The notes beneath the pieces are model-generated. The model was not told the origin of the DNA and searched no databases. It was given only the letters and a program-made list of their open reading frames with translations. From contig CAYMCM010000001.1 of NCBI GenBank assembly GCA_964388945.1, positions 11,715-75,714 of the forward strand: a stretch of DNA of 64,000 nt, read 5' to 3'. The DNA is from an uncultured Roseburia sp. GTDB taxonomy: Bacteria; Bacillota; Clostridia; Lachnospirales; Lachnospiraceae. Below are positions 59,580 through 64,000 of the stretch, piece after piece (positions within the stretch are counted from its first letter, which is position 1; each line of letters begins with the position of its first letter). The position numbers were made by a program, and so were the translations under genes.

Positions 59580-59616
59580 AGGCTGCCGCCAAGTATTTCT
59601 ACTTACGCAGCAGCCT
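59580..59616 (-). terminator. Hairpin after pgm
   Basis: Minus strand AGGCTGCTGCGTAAGTA-GAAA-TACTTGGCGGCAGCCT followed by AATGTTTTTT. Confidence 0.55.
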
Positions 59617-59646
59617 CTCCCTGTTTTTTATATCTGTTACCTGTTT

Positions 59647-61377
59647 TTATTCTGCTTTTGCAGCCTTTAACATGTCTTCTTTTACCATTTCCATCTTCTT
59701 CTCTGCATCTGCAAGGGTAGTTCCCTTTACACCAAAGTAGAATTTGATCTTCGGTTCTGTACCGGACGGTCTTACACAGCACCATGCATTGTCTGTCAAT
59801 TCATAGTAGAGTACATTGGAAGCCGGAAGTCCGGTCTTTGTAACTTCTCCGGTAGCAAGGTCTTTTCTGGTATCTTCCTTGTAATCGCGTACCGCAACAA
59901 CCTTGTATCCGCCAAGTTCTTTCGGAGGATTGTTTCTCATATCGGTCATGATATTCTGAATCTGTTCTGCTCCGTCGATACCCTTTAAGGTAAGTGTCTC
60001 AAGGCCTTCCTTGAAGTAGCCGTATTTCTCATACATATCGACCATTGCATCCCAGAGTGTCTTACCCTGTGATTTGTAGTAGGAAGCAACTTCGCAGAGC
60101 ATCATAACTGCAACGCAGGCATCCTTATCTCTTGCGTAGGTTCCTGCAAGACAGCCATAGCTTTCTTCCAGACCAAATACATAGTTGTATGTATGGTTCT
60201 GTTCGAAAAGGCGGATCTGTTCTCCGATATATTTAAATCCGGTCAGGACTTCGATCAGTTTTACATCATAATCTGCCGCGATCACCTTTGCCATGTCGGT
60301 AGTAACGATCGTCTCTACGAGTGCTGGATTCTCCGGCATGGTTCCGGTTGCTTTGCGTTCACGCAGAATGTATTCTGCAATCAGCATTCCGGACATATTT
60401 CCGGTAAAGCTTACATATTCTCCGGTCTTTGTATCCTTGCAGTATACACCAAGACGGTCTGCATCCGGGTCTGTTGCAAGCACGATATCCGCATCTTCTT
60501 TCTTTGCGAGCGCAAGTGCGAGTTCCCATGCCGCCGGGCTTTCCGGATTCGGATAAGAAACGGTCGGGAAATTGCCGTCCGGTTTTTCCTGTTCCGGTAC
60601 TACGATGACTTTCTCAAATCCAAGCTCTTTTAACACGCGGCGTACCGGCAGATTTCCTGTTCCATGAAGCGGTGTGTAAACGATCTTGATATCCTTTGCC
60701 ATCTTTTTGATGATGTCCGGATGAATACTCTGTTTCTTTAATTCTTCCATGTACTTGTCATCGATGTCTTCGCCGATCACATTGTAAAGACCTGCTTTAA
60801 CAGCTTCTTCTTTATCCATGGTCTTAACTGCGGAAAATTCTGTTACTTTCGCAACTTCCGCAAGGATGTTCTTGTCATGAGGCGGTGTGATCTGTGCACC
60901 GTCCTCCCAGTATACTTTATATCCGTTATATTCTCTCGGATTGTGGCTTGCTGTGATAACAATTCCGGAAATGCAGTGAAGCTCACGCACGGAGAAGGAC
61001 AATTCCGGTGTCGGACGAAGACTCGGGAACACATATGCCTTGATTCCGTTTGCGTTTAGGCAAAGAGCTGCCTCATCCGCAAATTCTTTGGACATGATAC
61101 GGGAATCGTATGCGATCGCAACGCCCTTGCTCTGTCCGTTCTGGGAAATAATGTAGTTTGCAAGTCCCTGTGTTGCCTGACGTACCGTATAGATATTCAT
61201 ACGATTGGTTCCTGCACCAATGACACCACGCAGTCCGCCGGTACCGAACTCTAACTGACGGTAAAAACGGTCCTCGATCTCTGCTTTATCATCTTTAATG
61301 GCAAGAAGTTCCTTTTTGGTCGCATCATCAAAATAAGGATCTGTACACCACTGTTCATACACTTTCATGTAATCCAT
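59647..61377 (-). CDS. pgm: Phosphoglucomutase/phosphomannomutase
   Basis: FGTGGLRG, ITASHNP, DPDADR, GLEESYG, RPSGTEPKIK. Confidence 0.95.
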   Translation of the reverse strand: MDYMKVYEQWCTDPYFDDATKKELLAIKDDKAEIEDRFYRQLEFGTGGLRGVIGAGTNRMNIYTVRQATQGLANYIISQNGQSKGVAIAYDSRIMSKEFADEAALCLNANGIKAYVFPSLRPTPELSFSVRELHCISGIVITASHNPREYNGYKVYWEDGAQITPPHDKNILAEVAKVTEFSAVKTMDKEEAVKAGLYNVIGEDIDDKYMEELKKQSIHPDIIKKMAKDIKIVYTPLHGTGNLPVRRVLKELGFEKVIVVPEQEKPDGNFPTVSYPNPESPAAWELALALAKKEDADIVLATDPDADRLGVYCKDTKTGEYVSFTGNMSGMLIAEYILRERKATGTMPENPALVETIVTTDMAKVIAADYDVKLIEVLTGFKYIGEQIRLFEQNHTYNYVFGLEESYGCLAGTYARDKDACVAVMMLCEVASYYKSQGKTLWDAMVDMYEKYGYFKEGLETLTLKGIDGAEQIQNIMTDMRNNPPKELGGYKVVAVRDYKEDTRKDLATGEVTKTGLPASNVLYYELTDNAWCCVRPSGTEPKIKFYFGVKGTTLADAEKKMEMVKEDMLKAAKAE

Positions 61378-61467
61378 AATCAATTTTTCCTCTCTTTCTT
61401 ATCCACATATATAAGCCATTATAGCACTTGCCTGTTTTCATTTCTACCACAAAATGAACTATCGGTG

Positions 61468-62400
61468 TTATTTTCTCGTCTCATAAAAGTCAAGGACGAC
61501 CTTTTCTGCCGGTTTTTCATAGAGCTCATATCCCTTTTCCTGCTGTGCTTCCGCAGTCTCCGGCAGCCGCCAGTTCCATGACCAGAGTCCGAAACCGGAT
61601 ACCCATTCTCTCTTTTTGCACGCCGCGAACATGGTACGGTAAAAATCTGCCTGTTCCGCGAGCGCCAGCTCTCCGCGCACCGTCCAGTCGTTTGGCACTC
61701 CGGCAGAACCTTCGGTTGACATACAGCCCGCCTCTGCAAAGAAAAACGGCCGGTCAAATTTCTTTACAACCGCTTCGATCCGGTCAAGCTGGTTTTCCCA
61801 GTCATCCGCCGGATAATAGCCGCTTGATGAGATCACATCCACCGCATCCCACCAGTTCACATGACCTTCCTGGTATTTATCGGTATTGTAAGACACCAGA
61901 CCGTGAAACACCTCTTTGATGTCCGCGATCAGCTTTCTCCACTCTTCTTCCCTGATCTCCGTCATGACCATCTCACAGCCTGCGATGAAAAGTTCACAGC
62001 CTTCCTCCTCCGCGATCTTTGCATAGTGAAGCTGAAACTTCGTGTACGATGCAAACCAGCTGCCCCACTTTGGCTCACACGGCACATCCACATCAAAGAA
62101 ATGGATATGCCCGCGCCATGTACCGTCCGCACAGTTTACAGTCGGCTTTAATGCTACACGAAGCCCGATGCTCTTTGCATGGCGGATCGCAGCGATCAGT
62201 TCTTCATCTGTCATCGTTCTCTCCGATGTGAAATCAATTTCCTCCGAGATCGGTGTCGCCTGTACCGCTCCCGGCGCAAGGATCACAAAATCTGCTCCGG
62301 TGCGCTCCTTCATCAGCTCTAAACTCTTCTCTGCTTCCTTAGTTCCAAGGCATCCGCTCGGTACGAACGGTGCAAAAGTAACTCCTTTTATAAATTTCAT
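61468..62400 (-). CDS. GH113 beta-mannanase/mannosidase-type hydrolase (no signal peptide)
   Basis: IKGVT, ALKPTVN, IAGCEM, YNTDKY, SSGYYP, FFAEAGC. Confidence 0.88.
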   Translation of the reverse strand: MKFIKGVTFAPFVPSGCLGTKEAEKSLELMKERTGADFVILAPGAVQATPISEEIDFTSERTMTDEELIAAIRHAKSIGLRVALKPTVNCADGTWRGHIHFFDVDVPCEPKWGSWFASYTKFQLHYAKIAEEEGCELFIAGCEMVMTEIREEEWRKLIADIKEVFHGLVSYNTDKYQEGHVNWWDAVDVISSSGYYPADDWENQLDRIEAVVKKFDRPFFFAEAGCMSTEGSAGVPNDWTVRGELALAEQADFYRTMFAACKKREWVSGFGLWSWNWRLPETAEAQQEKGYELYEKPAEKVVLDFYETRK

Positions 62401-62484
62401 ACGTTTACGCTCCTGTTTTTTGTCTTATGATTTATATTTCTTCCCTACACAGCAAAAAACACCCGTGTTTTCCTAAATATAAAT

Positions 62485-62544
62485 AACACAGGTGTTTTCA
62501 TTCGTATACCTAATTTTTGCTTTTGTACTTCCTATTTTTTGCGA
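62485..62544 (-). promoter_or_regulatory. GH113 promoter, paralogous to the GH36 promoter
   Basis: TCGCAAAAAAT-N11-AAGCAAAAATTAGGTATACGAA-N10-TGTGTTAT. Confidence 0.7.
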
Positions 62545-62549
62545 AGTCG

Positions 62550-63896
62550 CTACCTCGTGACGTCATTGAGCCATTTTTTCTGCCGATATCTGAAAAAGCA
62601 GAACGGAAGTTTTATGATCTCATCACTGAGCAGAATTATGTAAACCACCGTAACCGGAAGCTTTAATACAAATGCCGCGACCATGCCGAGCAAAATGGAA
62701 CAGCACCACATACTGGTCATATCGAGGATCATTCCGAATTTGGTGTCCCCGCCGGAACGGAAGATCCCGACTACCATCGTGGAATTTAACGCCTGTCCGA
62801 TCACATAGTAGGACATGACGAGGAGGAAATTTCGCAGATACTGTGCACTCATCCCTTCAAATCCGAGAATGTCCACGATGAATGGACGGACGATGAGCAC
62901 TACGAGCGAACCGGCAACACCACAAACCACCGAAAGCCAGATAAATTTCTTTGCATAATCCTCTGCCAGTTTTTCTTTCTTTTCACCGATCGCTTTTCCG
63001 ATCAGGATCGCCGTCGCATTGGAAACTCCAAAACCGACTACCATCGAAAGCTGTCTTATGACCTGTGCCACGGAATTTGCCGCAACCGCACTGCTGCCGA
63101 GCCGTCCCATGATCGCAGTATTTGCTGAATAACCAAGCCCCCAGAGCACTTCATTTATAATAACGGGATACGCATAGTAGAAAAAGTCCTTTGTCAGCAG
63201 TTTGTCCGGCCGAAAGATCAGTGCCGGATGCACCCGCACTTCCTTACAACGATATTTACTGTAAAAGACCACGATCAAAAGTTCCAGACATCTTGCACAG
63301 AGCGTACCAATCGCCGCCCCGCGCACGCCAAGTGCCGGTGCTCCGAAAAGTCCATAGATAAAGATCGCGTTGACAATGATATTTAACCCAAGAGAACTTG
63401 CATAGACCACAGTTGAGATCACGACTTTTTCCACGCTCTTTAAAAGGTTTAAGTACGTCATCGTATATGCCGCGATCGGATAGGTAAACGCTAAGATCTG
63501 CATATATTTTACCCCTTCTGCCGCCACTTCCGGATCATTGGTATACACCGACATGATCTGCTGCGGAAAGCACAGCGAGAGTGCCATAAATAAGACTGCA
63601 ACGATCTCCGTAAACAGGATCGCAATGCCCATGATCTTCTCGATCGATTTTGTATCACGCTTGCCCCAATACTGCGCCACGAGCACAGATCCCCCAGATG
63701 CCGCGCCAAACAAAAACAGGCTTAAGATCCAGAATACCTGACCGCCCAGAGAACAGCCGGAGAGCACCTTTTCTCCCACTGCGCCGAGCATCATGACATC
63801 CGTTGCAGACACGCCGACATTGATCAGATTCTGCAACGCCATCGGCAGTACCAGTATCAGCACTTTTTTGTAAAAATTATCTTTTTCTCCTTGCAT
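62550..63896 (-). CDS. MATE-family efflux transporter
   Basis: LPMALQNL, DVMMLG, AQYWG, GVRGAAIGT; start MQGEKD. Confidence 0.9.
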   Translation of the reverse strand: MQGEKDNFYKKVLILVLPMALQNLINVGVSATDVMMLGAVGEKVLSGCSLGGQVFWILSLFLFGAASGGSVLVAQYWGKRDTKSIEKIMGIAILFTEIVAVLFMALSLCFPQQIMSVYTNDPEVAAEGVKYMQILAFTYPIAAYTMTYLNLLKSVEKVVISTVVYASSLGLNIIVNAIFIYGLFGAPALGVRGAAIGTLCARCLELLIVVFYSKYRCKEVRVHPALIFRPDKLLTKDFFYYAYPVIINEVLWGLGYSANTAIMGRLGSSAVAANSVAQVIRQLSMVVGFGVSNATAILIGKAIGEKKEKLAEDYAKKFIWLSVVCGVAGSLVVLIVRPFIVDILGFEGMSAQYLRNFLLVMSYYVIGQALNSTMVVGIFRSGGDTKFGMILDMTSMWCCSILLGMVAAFVLKLPVTVVYIILLSDEIIKLPFCFFRYRQKKWLNDVTR

Positions 63897-64000
63897 ATTT
63901 TTCCCCTTTCTTTTGTGTACATAACAGAAATTTGCCCTGTACTTATCGGTACAGGGCAAGGCATATTTCTATCTGTTCTGTTATTTTCGCAGTTCGTTTC

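Noticed and set aside
1-64000. CRISPR array, rRNA/tRNA genes, transposase/integrase, prophage
   Set aside because: No repeat-spacer periodicity, RNA-gene signature or recombinase motif was recognised. The many short overlapping track ORFs are shadows of the genes listed.

Overview
Chromosomal window from a motile, spore-gene-carrying gut Firmicute, inferred to be Lachnospiraceae (Roseburia-like) from gene content. Left to right: (1) a yhaO/yhaN-like (Mre11/Rad50-type) nuclease-ATPase pair, cut by the window edge; (2) a divergent agr-like quorum-sensing locus (agrD with a predicted CGIVY thiolactone ring, missed by the ORF track; agrB; a hypothetical gene; XRE-agrA-agrC); (3) a GH112 lacto-N-biose/galacto-N-biose locus with a NahK-like kinase, nucleotidyltransferase, AraC, nagB and nagA; (4) spoVT; (5) a more AT-rich accessory block (OmpR-family two-component system flanked by small paralogous membrane proteins, a restriction-modification remnant, MarR plus heterodimeric ABC exporter); (6) MATE, a chimeric GH53 gene, GGDEF, SleB/CwlJ-like hydrolase, Cache MCP, CDF transporter, L,D-transpeptidase; (7) a ~30 kb beta-mannan utilization locus (GH1-PMI fusion, MCP, CE17, two GH130, epimerase, ABC, AraC, two GH36, GH2, LacI, frameshifted MCP plus sugar-binding lipoprotein, Pgm, GH113). 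Most notable: two pairs of paralogous promoters with fixed spacing that share an AAATTARGT core, chemoreceptors embedded in the mannan regulon, and the apparent deletion-fusion GH53 gene. No rRNA, tRNA, CRISPR array, transposase or integrase was recognised. All family assignments come from motif recognition by eye; no database search was run.
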